Below, one piece after another: positions 9,973 through 20,493 of a stretch of DNA of 64,000 nt. The notes below the pieces were generated by a model that ran no database searches, was not told the DNA's origin, and saw nothing but the letters and a program-made list of their open reading frames with translations. Numbering within the stretch: the first letter of the stretch is position 1; each line of letters starts with the position of its first letter. Position numbers and translations under genes: made by a program. Location: assembly GCF_002087085.1 (NCBI RefSeq), contig NZ_MWQY01000001.1, forward strand, positions 124,001 to 188,000. The letters run 5' to 3'.

Positions 9973-10500
9973 TTAATCCCTGAAGCGGTAAAAACCCAGC
10001 CTGGACCTGCCGAAGAGCCGCAGATCGAAACGTACAAGCCTCCCTGTTGTTTCTCCCGGATCATCCTCTTCGGGGAAATGTATCATCAGCAGTCCGTCAT
10101 CCTCCAGACGTCCCTCGGCCATCTGTATGAATTCCTTTTTCCCTCCCAGAGGAAAAGGGGGGTCAAGGTAGATGTAGTCGAATAGACTGTCACCCGTCTT
10201 CAGGAAATGTTCGGCCCCCATGATATGGGCCCTGATGGGCGTTTCCACCATGGAGATATTCTCAAGGAGCACCGGGCGTTTCCCCCGGTCTTTTTCCACC
10301 AGGACCACCGGTTCCGCTCCCCGGGAGGCCGCTTCTATACCCACCACCCCTGAGCCGGAAAAGAGGTCCAGAAATGACTCCCCGGAAATGTTCCCCAGAA
10401 TATTGAAGAGGGATTCCCGCATCCGGTCCATGGCCGGCCGGATGACCCCCTTCGGGCATTTTACTGTCCTGCCGCGGTAGCGGCCTCCGGTAACGCGCAT
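9973..10500 (-). CDS. rsmD: 16S rRNA m2G966 methyltransferase RsmD
   Basis: MRVTGG, IRPAMDRMRESLF, LDLFSGSG, YLDPPF. Confidence 0.93.
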   Translation of the reverse strand: MRVTGGRYRGRTVKCPKGVIRPAMDRMRESLFNILGNISGESFLDLFSGSGVVGIEAASRGAEPVVLVEKDRGKRPVLLENISMVETPIRAHIMGAEHFLKTGDSLFDYIYLDPPFPLGGKKEFIQMAEGRLEDDGLLMIHFPEEDDPGETTGRLVRFDLRLFGRSRLGFYRFRD

Positions 10501-12570
10501 TCAGCCTCCGTTTATCAGCTCTTCTTCAAAGGGTCGGGTACGATTGATAACCTGTCTCAAGAGGGAGTTCTCCGGTTTCAGCAGTCCAGGATCATCCTGC
10601 AGGATTTTTCGCGCCAGATTGCGGGCCCTGAGCATGGTTTCTCCATCCGCCGCGGGGTCCGCGAAGCGGAGGCGCAGGAATCCCGCCTGTTCGGTTCCTG
10701 TCATGTTTCCCGGGCCGCGGATCTTCAGGTCCTCCTCGGCCACTGCAAAGCCGTCGGAGTTCTCCATCATTACCCTGAGGCGCCGTTTTCCTTCCTCGCT
10801 CAGATCCGGTGCGTAGACCAGGAACATATAGCTCTGAAACTCTCCCCGGCCGACCCGGCCCCGGAGCTGATGGAGGGCGGCCAGGCCGAAGCGTTCCGCA
10901 TGTTCCACCACCATGCAGGTGGCGTTGGGAACGTCCACGCCGACCTCCACCACGCTGGTGGAGACCAGGATGTCGATCTCTCCCGAACTGAAGGACCTCA
11001 TCACCGAGACCTTCTCCTCCTCGTCCAGGCGGGAATGAATCAGTCCGAGGCGGAAATCGGGGAAGCGCTGCTTCAGGGCCTCGTACATACCTTCCGCGTC
11101 TTTCAGGTCCATCTTACTGCTTTCGGCGATCAGGGGATAGACGCAGTAGGCCTGTCGTCCGGTCCGGACCTCCTTTTTAAGCCATTCGTAGACCTTCTCT
11201 TCCCGCCCCATGCGGGCCAGATGGGTTATTACCGGTTTACGTCCCGGCGGCATGCTGCGGATAACGGAGACGTCCAGGTCGCCGAAAACGGTCATGGCCA
11301 GGGTACGGGGAATGGGGGTGGCGGTCATGACCAGCGTGTCGGGCTCCTCCCCCTTCTGCGACAAAGCTACCCGCTGGAGGACCCCGAAGCGCTGCTGTTC
11401 GTCGATTATTGCCAGCCCCAGGCATCTGAAACGGACCCCCTCGGAGAAGAGGGCGTGGGTTCCGATAAGCAGGTCGATCTCCCCGGATTCCAGCCGGGAG
11501 AGGATTTCCTCTCTGGCCCGGGACTGCACCGAACCTGTAAGAAGGGCCAGTCGCACCCCCGCGGGTTCCAGAAGTCGGGCGGCGTTTTCCGCATGCTGTC
11601 GGGCCAGGAGTTCGGTGGGGGCCATGAAGGCGGCCTGTTCACCGGCTTCGATGCTTTCACAGGCTGCAAGAAATGCGGTGAGGGTCTTGCCGCTTCCCAC
11701 GTCTCCCTGTATGAGACGCGCCATGGGCCGTGAACCCCTCAGATCCTCCCGGATCTCCCGGAGGACGGTTTTCTGATCCCGGGTCAGCTCAAAGGGAAGG
11801 GACTCCAGTACCCGGCGGGCAAGGGTTCCCCGGGCTGTGGTCCTCTCCTTTCTGGTGGAACGGAGAGCCAGACCCCGGCGGGCGATGCTGAGCTGGAGAT
11901 AGAAAAACTCCTCCCAGGCCAGGGCTCGCCGGGCAAGTCGGACCTCGTCAAGGGTTTCGGGACAGTGAAGTCCCTGGAGCTGCTTCTTTTTACTGACGGG
12001 AATTTCCTCCCGGGCGTATATGGGGGGGAGTTCGTCTTCTATCTGGTCGATGTATTTGGCCAGGCCTTCGTGTATCGCTTTACGGATTGCTCCCTGACGC
12101 AGGCTGGCCCCCGCCGGATAGATCGGTACCAGCGAGCCGAAGGAGCTTGTTCCGGAGGGAGTTTCCGATGCTTCAAACTCGAATGACGAAGCCTGGATTT
12201 CCCCGAAGCGGTAAGAAAACTGTCCGTAAATCCGGATCTGTGCTCCCACGGGGAGCTTCTGCTGCAGAAAGTTGCGGCCGAAGCAGTTCAGGGCGGCCCT
12301 GCCGGAGGAGTCCTCGATCCAGACCTTCAAGGTACGTCTCCTGCCGAAACCAAACCAGTCGTGGGCAATGACGGTGGCGATGGTGTTGACCGGACTGCCG
12401 CCGACTCCTTTGGACAGGGGAACTTCCGTCTTCCGGTCCTCGTAGTATCGGGGGGCGTGGAGCAGGAGATCTCCGAGGCTTTCAATTCCCAGGGAGGCAA
12501 AAGCCTCGGCGGTTCGAGGGCCGATCCCTTTGAGTTCCCCTGGTTGTGTCCGCAGCTCCCGCAGAAACAC
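10501..12570 (-). CDS. recG: ATP-dependent DNA helicase RecG
   Basis: QGDVGSGKT, IIDEQQRFGV, MTATPIPRT, LHQLRGRVGRG, EDLKIRGPG. Confidence 0.97.
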   Translation of the reverse strand: MFLRELRTQPGELKGIGPRTAEAFASLGIESLGDLLLHAPRYYEDRKTEVPLSKGVGGSPVNTIATVIAHDWFGFGRRRTLKVWIEDSSGRAALNCFGRNFLQQKLPVGAQIRIYGQFSYRFGEIQASSFEFEASETPSGTSSFGSLVPIYPAGASLRQGAIRKAIHEGLAKYIDQIEDELPPIYAREEIPVSKKKQLQGLHCPETLDEVRLARRALAWEEFFYLQLSIARRGLALRSTRKERTTARGTLARRVLESLPFELTRDQKTVLREIREDLRGSRPMARLIQGDVGSGKTLTAFLAACESIEAGEQAAFMAPTELLARQHAENAARLLEPAGVRLALLTGSVQSRAREEILSRLESGEIDLLIGTHALFSEGVRFRCLGLAIIDEQQRFGVLQRVALSQKGEEPDTLVMTATPIPRTLAMTVFGDLDVSVIRSMPPGRKPVITHLARMGREEKVYEWLKKEVRTGRQAYCVYPLIAESSKMDLKDAEGMYEALKQRFPDFRLGLIHSRLDEEEKVSVMRSFSSGEIDILVSTSVVEVGVDVPNATCMVVEHAERFGLAALHQLRGRVGRGEFQSYMFLVYAPDLSEEGKRRLRVMMENSDGFAVAEEDLKIRGPGNMTGTEQAGFLRLRFADPAADGETMLRARNLARKILQDDPGLLKPENSLLRQVINRTRPFEEELINGG

Positions 12571-12579
12571 GTGGGCCGG

Positions 12580-13167
12580 TTAAAAGGGCAGGGAGGCCAG
12601 GAGCCCCTGAATCTGGTAGAACACCAGGTTGCCCAGAAGCCGGGTCAAAAGGAGTATGGCGCCGCTGAGGGCAAGGCCGGTCTGATAGGTCACGTTCTGT
12701 CCCCGGAGGATGACACGGGAGAAATATCGGAGGATCGGGGCGATAATAATGTCCAGGGTCTGAATAAAGGGGGAGACCATGGAGGCGCGAAAGAGAAGGG
12801 TAATAAAACGAATCAGAACAAGAATAAAGAAAAAGGTGAGAACCCAGCCGACGGCCCCCCACAGGGAGCCCACGATAATGGCAAGAACGATCCCCAGGGA
12901 TATGCTTCCCGTCAGGGCCAGGCGGTTTGTAATGTTCAGGATAATTACCAGCACGATAAGCGCGGCCAGGGGAGAAAAGTCCATGGAACCCGCCCGCAGA
13001 AAGGGGAACCTGCGGAACCAGTAGAGGTAGGGGTCCGTAACCGAACGGAGAACCTCCATGGCTCTTCCGTAGCTCGCTCCCTGGAACCAGGTCATCAGAA
13101 CCCGGATAAAGATCAGAATCATGTAGACCGAGAGGGCCCCGGAGATAAAGCGCATTACCTGTTGCAT
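12580..13167 (-). CDS. YggT family membrane protein
   Basis: LIFIRVLMTWF...VTDPYL...DFSPL; two YGGT repeats; hydrophobic. Confidence 0.88.
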   Translation of the reverse strand: MQQVMRFISGALSVYMILIFIRVLMTWFQGASYGRAMEVLRSVTDPYLYWFRRFPFLRAGSMDFSPLAALIVLVIILNITNRLALTGSISLGIVLAIIVGSLWGAVGWVLTFFFILVLIRFITLLFRASMVSPFIQTLDIIIAPILRYFSRVILRGQNVTYQTGLALSGAILLLTRLLGNLVFYQIQGLLASLPF

Positions 13168-13170
13168 AGA

Positions 13171-16100
13171 CTACTCCTTCCAGACTTCTTCTATTAAGGG
13201 ATGGGAACCGATTTTCGGTATTACCTCGGGGCTCGTTGAGAGCTGGGCGTTGGCGCGGATAATAACCTCCCGTCCGGCGCTGCCGTTTCCCAGATGAAGA
13301 TACACGGAACAGTCCCCGCTGTGCTCTATCAGGGCAGAGCGGAACTCGTAGAGGAGCTCTTCATCGTGAACATCCCGGGATATACGGATATGGATCTCCG
13401 ATACCGTGGACTCCTTCAGTTCCGCGGGATCGACGATGCGGTCCACCAGAAACTTGGGGTCCTCTTTATTCTTGTCGATTTTTCCTTCCAGGCCTGTTAC
13501 CATATCCACGCTTACCACATCCCGTAGCTGGGCCCAGGTTTTTGGAAAGAAGATCAGCTCCATGCTGCCGTTAAAGTCTTCGTACATGGCAAAGGCCATC
13601 TGATCGCCCTTTTTGGTAATAATCGTCCGCAGAGACTTGATCATCCCCAGCAGGGTATATGTCTTATCCGCTGCGGCATTTTCCGCCCGGGAGACATTGA
13701 GGCTTACGCATTTTTTGAAGATATCCCGGTACTTGTCCAGGGGGTGCCCGGAGAAGTAGTTGCCCAGGTTCTCCTTTTCCATACGCAGGAGTTCCATCTG
13801 GTCGAACTCCTCCCGGGGATCGAACTCAAAGCTGGACAGGCTGGCTTCATCAGCGGGATCGAAAAGAGATGTCTGGCCGAACTCCCTGCTCTCTTTCTGC
13901 TTTATGGTCCACTCCAGTACCTGCTCCAGGTTCCCCAGCAGAGTCGCACGGTTGAGTCCGAAGCGGTCAAAGAGACCCGCCTGAATCAGGGTTTCTATTA
14001 CCCGGCGGTTGACCAGCTTCAGGTCGATCCTGTCGAGAAAATCGGTAAAAGAGTCGTAGGGACCTTCTTCTTCCCGTATCCGGATAATCTCTTCCACCGC
14101 GCCGGTCCCGACATTTTTGATTCCCTGGAGACCGTAGAAGATCTTCCCGTCAACCACGGTAAAGGTCTTTTCCGAAAGGTTTATATCCGGGGGCAGAATC
14201 TCGATTCCCATCTCCTTGGTGGAGGTAAGGTAATCGGAGAAGGCGTCGGGACTGTTTATTTCGTTGGTCAGGTTGGCCGCCATGAACTCGGCAGGATAGT
14301 TGGCCTTGAGGTAGGCGGTTTTATAGGCCACCACGGAGTAGGCGGCGGCGTGGGATTTATTGAATCCGTATCCCGCAAAGGGTTTCAGCATTTCGAAGAT
14401 GTCATCGGCGAGTTTCTTGTCGTAGCCCCGGACGGCGGCTCCTTCAAGGAACTCCTTCTTCATCTTCTCCATTTCCTTCTCTTTTTTCTTACCCATGGCG
14501 CGGCGCAGTATGTCCGCTTTGCCCAGGGAGAAGCCGCCGATTATCTGGGCGACCTGCATTACCTGTTCCTGGTAGACTATTACCCCGTAGGTGGGTTCCA
14601 GTACCTCCTGCAGGTCCGGGTGGGGGTAGCGGATAGGGGCGCGGCCCATCTTGGAGTCGATGTACTGGGGGATGAACTGCATGGGCCCGGGACGGTACAG
14701 GGCGTTCAAGGCTATCAGTTCTTCGATACTTGAGGGTTTTGCCTGTTTCAGGATTCCCTGCATACCGGAGCTTTCGAACTGGAAAACCGCGGTACTTTTG
14801 CCTTCTCCCAGCATTTTGAAGGTGCTCGGGTCGTCCTCGGGGATTTTTTCGATATCGAAGCCGGGATCAATCTTGTGGATGAGCTTTTCCGTGTTCTTTA
14901 TCAGCGTAAGGGTTTTCAGTCCCAGGAAGTCCATCTTGACCAGGCCGCACTCCTCCAGCTGGTCCATGGTGAACTCGGTGGAGACCTGCCCTGTCTTGGA
15001 GTCCTTGTAGAGGGGTACGTAGTCGGTGAGTTTGCTGCGGCCGATGACCATTCCGCAGGCGTGGGTTGAGGAGTGGCGGTTCATACCTTCCAGAACCAGG
15101 GCGGTGTCGATCAGCCGGCGGTAAATGCCTCCCTTTTCCCGGTAATCCTTGAGGCGGGGCTCCATCTCCAGGGCCTTTTCGAGGTTGATCTTGGGGCCGT
15201 CGGGAACGAGCTTGCTGATTTCGTTGGATTCGTTGAAGGGTATATCCAGTACCCGGGCGACGTCCTTCAGCACAGCCTTGGTCTTGAGGGTTCCGAAGGT
15301 ACAGATGGCTCCGACCTTGTCGGCGCCGTACTTGCGGGTAACGTAGTCAATGACTTCGCCCCGGCGTTCGAAGCAGAAATCCACGTCAAAGTCGGGCATG
15401 GAGATCCGCTCGGGGTTCAGAAAGCGCTCAAAAAGGAGATTGTACTTCAGGGGATCGATGTCTGTAATCCGCATGGCGTAGGCCACAAGGCTCCCCGCAC
15501 CGGAACCCCGACCGGGCCCGACGGGGATACCGCTGTTTCGCGCAAAATCAATAAAGTCCCATACGATAAGAAAATAGCCGGTAAACCCCATTCCCTGAAT
15601 AACGCTGAGTTCATACTCGGCGCGTTTGCGGATCTCTTCTGTTATTTCAGGGTAGAGCCTGGCAAGACCCTGGAAAACAATGTGGCGCATATACTCTTCC
15701 GGGCTGGAGAAATCCTCCGGGATTTCGTAATCCGGAAGCAGCGGACCGGGGAGGGGGATCTCGAGACTGCACTGTTCGGCGATTTTCAGGGTATTGGAGA
15801 TGGCTTCCGGGGTATCCCTGAATATGGCGGCCATCTCATCGGGGGTCTTGAAATAGAACTCCTGGCTGTCGAAGCGCATCCGCTTTTCGTCGGAGACCTT
15901 TTTCCCGGTTCCGATGCAGATCAGGATATCCTGAGCTTCGGCGTGGTCTTTTTCCAGGTAGTGAATATCGTTTGTCGCTATCAGGGGAATCCCGGTCTCC
16001 CTGGAAAGCTCTATGATCCGGGGATTTACCTGTTTCTGTTCCGGGATACCGTGGTCCTGCAGCTCGAGATAGAAGCCCTCCGGCCCGAAAAGTTCGCGGT

Positions 16101-16587
16101 AGAACTCCGCCGTCTTTCTGGCTTCTTCGTACTGACCGTTGAGAAGATGCGTCGGAATCTCGCCGGCGAGACAGGCGGAGGTGCAGATGAGCCCCTCGGC
16201 ATGCTCCTGTAAAAGCTCGTTGTCGATGCGGGGTTTGTAGTAAAACCCATCCAGGTAGCCCCGGGATACCAGGACCAGAAGGTTCTGATAGCCCTGACGG
16301 TTCTTCGCCAGCAATACAAGGTGATAGTACTTGTTCTGGTTTTCCGAGCCGCTTTTTACCAGTCTCGATTTCGGTGCCACGTAGAATTCGCAGCCTATGA
16401 TGGGATTGATTCCCTTGTTTTTGCAGGCCTTGTAGAAGCGCAGGACCCCGAACATGTTTCCGTGGTCCGTAAGGGCCAGGTGTTTCATTCCCAGCCCCGC
16501 GGCCTTGTCTACCAGCTTGTCGATACTTGCCGCTCCGTCCAGGAGCGAATAGTCGGAATGGTTATGAAGATGAACGAATTCCGGCAT
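13171..16587 (-). CDS. dnaE: DNA polymerase III subunit alpha
   Basis: PHP motif FVHLHNHSDYSLLDG, GPGRGSGAGS, SMPDFDVDF, GFNKSHAAAY, C-terminal OB fold. Confidence 0.98.
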   Translation of the reverse strand: MPEFVHLHNHSDYSLLDGAASIDKLVDKAAGLGMKHLALTDHGNMFGVLRFYKACKNKGINPIIGCEFYVAPKSRLVKSGSENQNKYYHLVLLAKNRQGYQNLLVLVSRGYLDGFYYKPRIDNELLQEHAEGLICTSACLAGEIPTHLLNGQYEEARKTAEFYRELFGPEGFYLELQDHGIPEQKQVNPRIIELSRETGIPLIATNDIHYLEKDHAEAQDILICIGTGKKVSDEKRMRFDSQEFYFKTPDEMAAIFRDTPEAISNTLKIAEQCSLEIPLPGPLLPDYEIPEDFSSPEEYMRHIVFQGLARLYPEITEEIRKRAEYELSVIQGMGFTGYFLIVWDFIDFARNSGIPVGPGRGSGAGSLVAYAMRITDIDPLKYNLLFERFLNPERISMPDFDVDFCFERRGEVIDYVTRKYGADKVGAICTFGTLKTKAVLKDVARVLDIPFNESNEISKLVPDGPKINLEKALEMEPRLKDYREKGGIYRRLIDTALVLEGMNRHSSTHACGMVIGRSKLTDYVPLYKDSKTGQVSTEFTMDQLEECGLVKMDFLGLKTLTLIKNTEKLIHKIDPGFDIEKIPEDDPSTFKMLGEGKSTAVFQFESSGMQGILKQAKPSSIEELIALNALYRPGPMQFIPQYIDSKMGRAPIRYPHPDLQEVLEPTYGVIVYQEQVMQVAQIIGGFSLGKADILRRAMGKKKEKEMEKMKKEFLEGAAVRGYDKKLADDIFEMLKPFAGYGFNKSHAAAYSVVAYKTAYLKANYPAEFMAANLTNEINSPDAFSDYLTSTKEMGIEILPPDINLSEKTFTVVDGKIFYGLQGIKNVGTGAVEEIIRIREEEGPYDSFTDFLDRIDLKLVNRRVIETLIQAGLFDRFGLNRATLLGNLEQVLEWTIKQKESREFGQTSLFDPADEASLSSFEFDPREEFDQMELLRMEKENLGNYFSGHPLDKYRDIFKKCVSLNVSRAENAAADKTYTLLGMIKSLRTIITKKGDQMAFAMYEDFNGSMELIFFPKTWAQLRDVVSVDMVTGLEGKIDKNKEDPKFLVDRIVDPAELKESTVSEIHIRISRDVHDEELLYEFRSALIEHSGDCSVYLHLGNGSAGREVIIRANAQLSTSPEVIPKIGSHPLIEEVWKE

Positions 16588-16670
16588 GATTCCCCTCTCG
16601 TTTCCACCACTATACCGCTATACGATATCAAGGTAAAGCCAATTAAAACCCGGGAAAAGCAAAAATCGTA

Positions 16671-16714
16671 TTGACAAATACATTCTCCGTACATATATTA
16701 CACATAGAGTGTAA
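16671..16714 (+). promoter_or_regulatory. Sigma70 promoter with overlapping palindromic operator
   Basis: TTGACA (16671-16676), 17 nt, TATATT (16694-16699); palindrome TTACAC-ATAGA-GTGTAA at 16698-16714. Confidence 0.65.
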
Positions 16715-16758
16715 ATAAAACATTGCAAGGGTAATTTTCTTGTGATGGAGGAGTTGAT

Positions 16759-16914
16759 ATGAAACGAACTGTATTGATGGTGGTGTTGTCCTTACTGACG
16801 GTGTCTCTTCTGAGCGGGTGCATTCATCTGAAGGAATTCACCCAGGAAGAACTGGACAGAATAAGTCTCAATAACACTGTTCAGACAATTCAACCCGTCG
16901 GCGTCGCCGCATAG
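16759..16914 (+). CDS. Small lipoprotein (51 aa), below the ORF-track size range
   Basis: MKRTVLMVVLSLLTVSLLSG|CIHLKEFTQEELDRISLNNTVQTIQPVGVAA; GGAGGAG SD, lipobox LSGC, own promoter and terminator. Confidence 0.8.
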   Translation: MKRTVLMVVLSLLTVSLLSGCIHLKEFTQEELDRISLNNTVQTIQPVGVAA

Positions 16915-16934
16915 CAGGATACGCTGATCCCTAC

Positions 16935-16969
16935 GGCCGCCGGTTTTTCCATGCGGCGGCCCGTTTTTT
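16935..16969 (+). terminator. Intrinsic terminator after the small lipoprotein gene
   Basis: Stem GGCCGCCG / CGGCGGCC followed by CGTTTTTT. Confidence 0.7.
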
Positions 16970-17039
16970 CTGAAAAAAGAGTGCATGCTGTGTATAATAG
17001 ACGGCGAATTGATGTACGTATCGGGATGGAGGACAGGCT

Positions 17040-17675
17040 ATGGGGATTCAGGAACGGAAAGAGCGGGATAAGAAGCGGCGTATCAGCGAGATTATTACCG
17101 CTGCCCGGCAGATTTTTATCTCCAAGGGATATACGGATACCACCATGCTGGACATCGCCGAAAAATCGGAGCTGAGTCGCCGTACCCTTTATCTGTATTT
17201 CAAGAGTAAAGAGGAGATTTCCTTCGCTCTTATGTACAATGCCTTCAGGGAACTCTATAAACGGATTCAGGCCTCCTACGAGGGGGGCGGAACGGGGATG
17301 GAAAAGATCGGACGCCTGAAACGTGCCTACCTCGATTTCTATAAGGATGATTTCGATAACTTCTATTTTACCGTCTATTTCAATGTCAAACTGAATTTGC
17401 GCAACATGGAGCAGGAAGATGCCAGGCGCTGTTTTGACGTGATAGAAAAAATACTCTCCCTCTTTGCCGTTATTCTTGAGGAGGGGACCCGGGACGGCAG
17501 TTTTCGGCCCCTGAAGGACTTCAAGTTGACCGCACTGGTTCTCGGAGAGATGATTCAGGCCTCCATGCAGCAGGTGGCGAGCCAGTATGAGCTTCTGGAG
17601 CGTGCAACAGGAAGAACCCAGGAGGAAATCCTGACCGAGCTCTTCGATTTGTCTATTCATTCCATAATCGCGTAA
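17040..17675 (+). CDS. TetR/AcrR family transcriptional regulator
   Basis: IITAARQIFISKGYTDTTMLDIAEKSELSRRTLYLYFKSKEEI helix-turn-helix. Confidence 0.95.
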   Translation: MGIQERKERDKKRRISEIITAARQIFISKGYTDTTMLDIAEKSELSRRTLYLYFKSKEEISFALMYNAFRELYKRIQASYEGGGTGMEKIGRLKRAYLDFYKDDFDNFYFTVYFNVKLNLRNMEQEDARRCFDVIEKILSLFAVILEEGTRDGSFRPLKDFKLTALVLGEMIQASMQQVASQYELLERATGRTQEEILTELFDLSIHSIIA

Positions 17676-17736
17676 ATGATGTAAAGAATAATTCACACCA
17701 TGTGTTGATCTTTGCAGCGTATGTTTACCTGAATAT

Positions 17737-17747
17737 CACATAGAGTG
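17737..17747 (+). promoter_or_regulatory. Second copy of the operator core upstream of the MMPL operon
   Basis: CACATAGAGTG, identical to 16701-16711. Confidence 0.55.
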
Positions 17748-17771
17748 CATATAATGCATCAGGAGTTTTTA

Positions 17772-20462
17772 ATGAGCTGGATAACGAAGCATCCAAAGTT
17801 TGTGCTTGCCATGACATTGATTATAACTATCATTACCGGTCTGCTCATTCCCGGAATTGTCATTAATAACAGCGTAAGGGTCTTTTTCCCCGATGATCAT
17901 CCCTCGAATGTGAAACTTGAGCAGCTTGACGAGACCTACGGGAATCAAATACTGATGGTTGTCTCTTTGACTGATGAAGAGAAGGGCATTCTGACCCCGG
18001 CGCTTATTAATCATGTTTCAGAGCTGGTGAAAGAAATAGAAACCTATGATTTTGTCGAGGATGTAAAGGCCCTGACCAATACGGACTATCCCGTGGGGAC
18101 CGAAGAAGGAATGGAGGTCGGTCCCCTCATCCCCAGGGATTTCTCCGGAAGCGGCGAGGAGATCGAAGAGATCCGCCGCAGGCTGATGGACTGGCCCCGG
18201 ATGTACAGAAAAATGGTCTACAGCGATGACTTGAAAGCTACCCAGCTGATCATTTCAATTGACTATGATCATGAGGCCAGGGACCTGGATATCCTCTATT
18301 CAAAGGTCGTATCCCTGATCAGGGAGAAAGGTCTTTCCGGTGTCGAGTATCGCATGGCGGGACATCCGGTCATAACCCAGCGGGCCAGGGCATACATGTA
18401 TCATGATCTTCTGATCCTGATTCCAGTAGTCCTGGCGGTCATTCTTACGATTCTCTTTCTGGCCTTTAAACGGCCCCGGGCGACGCTGCTTCCGGTAATC
18501 ACTGTCGCAATTGCAACCGTCTGGACCTTCGGTGTAATGGCCCTGGCCGGGATCGAGTTCACCATTATCACCACGTGTCTGCCGGTTCTGTTGATCGCGG
18601 TGGGCAGCGCCTACGGCATCCATGTTCTAAATCATTATTACGATGAACTTTCAGAGACGGATTCCGGGCTTGAGCACACTGAACTGGTCGCCAGGTCTGT
18701 TCGAAGGGTAAGCAAGCCTGTGCTCATGGCAGGCCTTACCACCATTGCCGGCTTTATGTCCATCGTAACCTCCCGGATTGTTCCCCTGCGGATGTTTGCG
18801 ATTTTCTCTTCCCTGGGGACTCTTTTTTCCCTGATTCTGGCAATGACCTTTATTCCGGCAATACTGTGCCTCAAGCCGCCCAAAGATCATGCAAAGATGC
18901 GCGACTCCGGCCATGCAGCTGAAATGCGGGAGCGCTTCTATATAAAGATCTTCAGCTATCTGCGCAGCCGTAAACCGGCGCTCCTTCTGGGAACCGTGAT
19001 CATTATCGCTTTTTCGATCTACGGTCTGACGCAGATCGATATCGAGAGTTCGATGCTCGATTACTTTCCAAAGCAGAGTACCATGCGGCAGCATAACGAC
19101 TACATTGCAAAGACGTTCAGCGGTACCAATATCTTCAGTCTTGTCATCAAAGGAGAGAAGTCGGGGGATCTTGCCAGGCCCGAGATTCTGAAGGTCATGG
19201 ATGACCTGAAAACCTATCTGATCGAGCATCATGAAAAAATCGGCAAGATTATATCCTACTCGGATTTTATCCGGCGGATGAACATGATAATGAACTACCC
19301 CCCCGCGGAGGTTCCGGCGGACGGCGACGTTGTCACGCCTGTGGAGTCCTCATTTTCCTCAGACGACGACGTGGAATTTGCGAGTTTCTTCGACGACGCT
19401 GAACCGGAGGAGGATGCCTCGTTCTCGAGTTTCTTTGGCGAAGAAGATTCCGGGAAAGGGGCCGCGGGAGAGGTGGTTTCCACAATAGCTGAAAAGAAGG
19501 AATCCCCCTTTCCCTACGAACAGTATGCAAAAGAGATGACGTACCGCGATTTTCTTGAACTCATCAGTGAAGCGGCCCTGGAGAAATCCGGCACTGAGCT
19601 GACCGGAGGTGAGCTTGTTACGCTTATCCAGCGAAGGTTCAACTATCGCGGAGCTGCCTTCGACGAAATTCCCTGCGATCCCGGCAGATATCCGGTGGAA
19701 ACCCGGGAGGACCTGGCCGATCTGATCAGCCAGTACCTGCTGCTCTATTCGGGCTCCCTGGATGAGTTTGCCGATGACGCGCTTGAACCGACTGAGGCCT
19801 GCATGACGATACAAATGACCAATAACGCCACCGGACCTGTAGCCGAGGTCATCAAAGACGCCAGGGCCTTCGCGGAACGGAATTTTCCCGATGGGTATGT
19901 GCTCGAAGCGGGGGGTACCGCCGAAATGGAGCTGGCGCTGACCAGGATGGTCACCAGTTCACAGATAGTGAGTCTCGTCGTGGCCCTGGTCATCGTTTTC
20001 ATCATCATTGCCCTGGCCTTCCGCAGTATCCTGGCGGGATTGATCGGCTGTGTTCCTTTGAGCATGGCGATTCTGATCAATTTTGGAATCATGGGGCTCA
20101 CCGGCATCAATCTCGATATTGTTACATCCCTTATAGCATCCATCGCGATCGGTATCGGAGTGGATTATACGATTCACTTTATGACCAACTATCACGAGGA
20201 ACGGTTAAAGAGCGGCGATCTGCAGCAGGTAACCAGGAATTCCCTGAAGCTCTCCGGACGGGCAATCCTGATCAACGCGCTGGCGGTAGGTCTCGGCTTT
20301 GCGGTGCTGCTGTTCTCTGGTTTTGTCGTTCTGCGCTATATCGGCCTTCTTGTGGCGATAATAATGGGAACTTCATCCCTGGCGGCACTGGTTCTTCTGC
20401 CCATTATTCTGAATACCTTCCGCCCCTCTTTCATGACCCGGAAGTCAGGCGGGAAGCAATAA
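17772..20462 (+). CDS. MMPL/RND superfamily transporter
   Basis: Two membrane repeats (IAVGSAYGIH; IAIGIGVDYTIH) with large periplasmic loops; AGGAG SD before ATG 17772. Confidence 0.92.
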   Translation: MSWITKHPKFVLAMTLIITIITGLLIPGIVINNSVRVFFPDDHPSNVKLEQLDETYGNQILMVVSLTDEEKGILTPALINHVSELVKEIETYDFVEDVKALTNTDYPVGTEEGMEVGPLIPRDFSGSGEEIEEIRRRLMDWPRMYRKMVYSDDLKATQLIISIDYDHEARDLDILYSKVVSLIREKGLSGVEYRMAGHPVITQRARAYMYHDLLILIPVVLAVILTILFLAFKRPRATLLPVITVAIATVWTFGVMALAGIEFTIITTCLPVLLIAVGSAYGIHVLNHYYDELSETDSGLEHTELVARSVRRVSKPVLMAGLTTIAGFMSIVTSRIVPLRMFAIFSSLGTLFSLILAMTFIPAILCLKPPKDHAKMRDSGHAAEMRERFYIKIFSYLRSRKPALLLGTVIIIAFSIYGLTQIDIESSMLDYFPKQSTMRQHNDYIAKTFSGTNIFSLVIKGEKSGDLARPEILKVMDDLKTYLIEHHEKIGKIISYSDFIRRMNMIMNYPPAEVPADGDVVTPVESSFSSDDDVEFASFFDDAEPEEDASFSSFFGEEDSGKGAAGEVVSTIAEKKESPFPYEQYAKEMTYRDFLELISEAALEKSGTELTGGELVTLIQRRFNYRGAAFDEIPCDPGRYPVETREDLADLISQYLLLYSGSLDEFADDALEPTEACMTIQMTNNATGPVAEVIKDARAFAERNFPDGYVLEAGGTAEMELALTRMVTSSQIVSLVVALVIVFIIIALAFRSILAGLIGCVPLSMAILINFGIMGLTGINLDIVTSLIASIAIGIGVDYTIHFMTNYHEERLKSGDLQQVTRNSLKLSGRAILINALAVGLGFAVLLFSGFVVLRYIGLLVAIIMGTSSLAALVLLPIILNTFRPSFMTRKSGGKQ

Positions 20463-20493
20463 CACAGCACTATCTTTTTTAGGAGTTAACAAG

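Noticed and set aside
13171..16587. Intein in dnaE
   Set aside because: 1138 aa is an ordinary length and no intein splice or LAGLIDADG motifs were seen.
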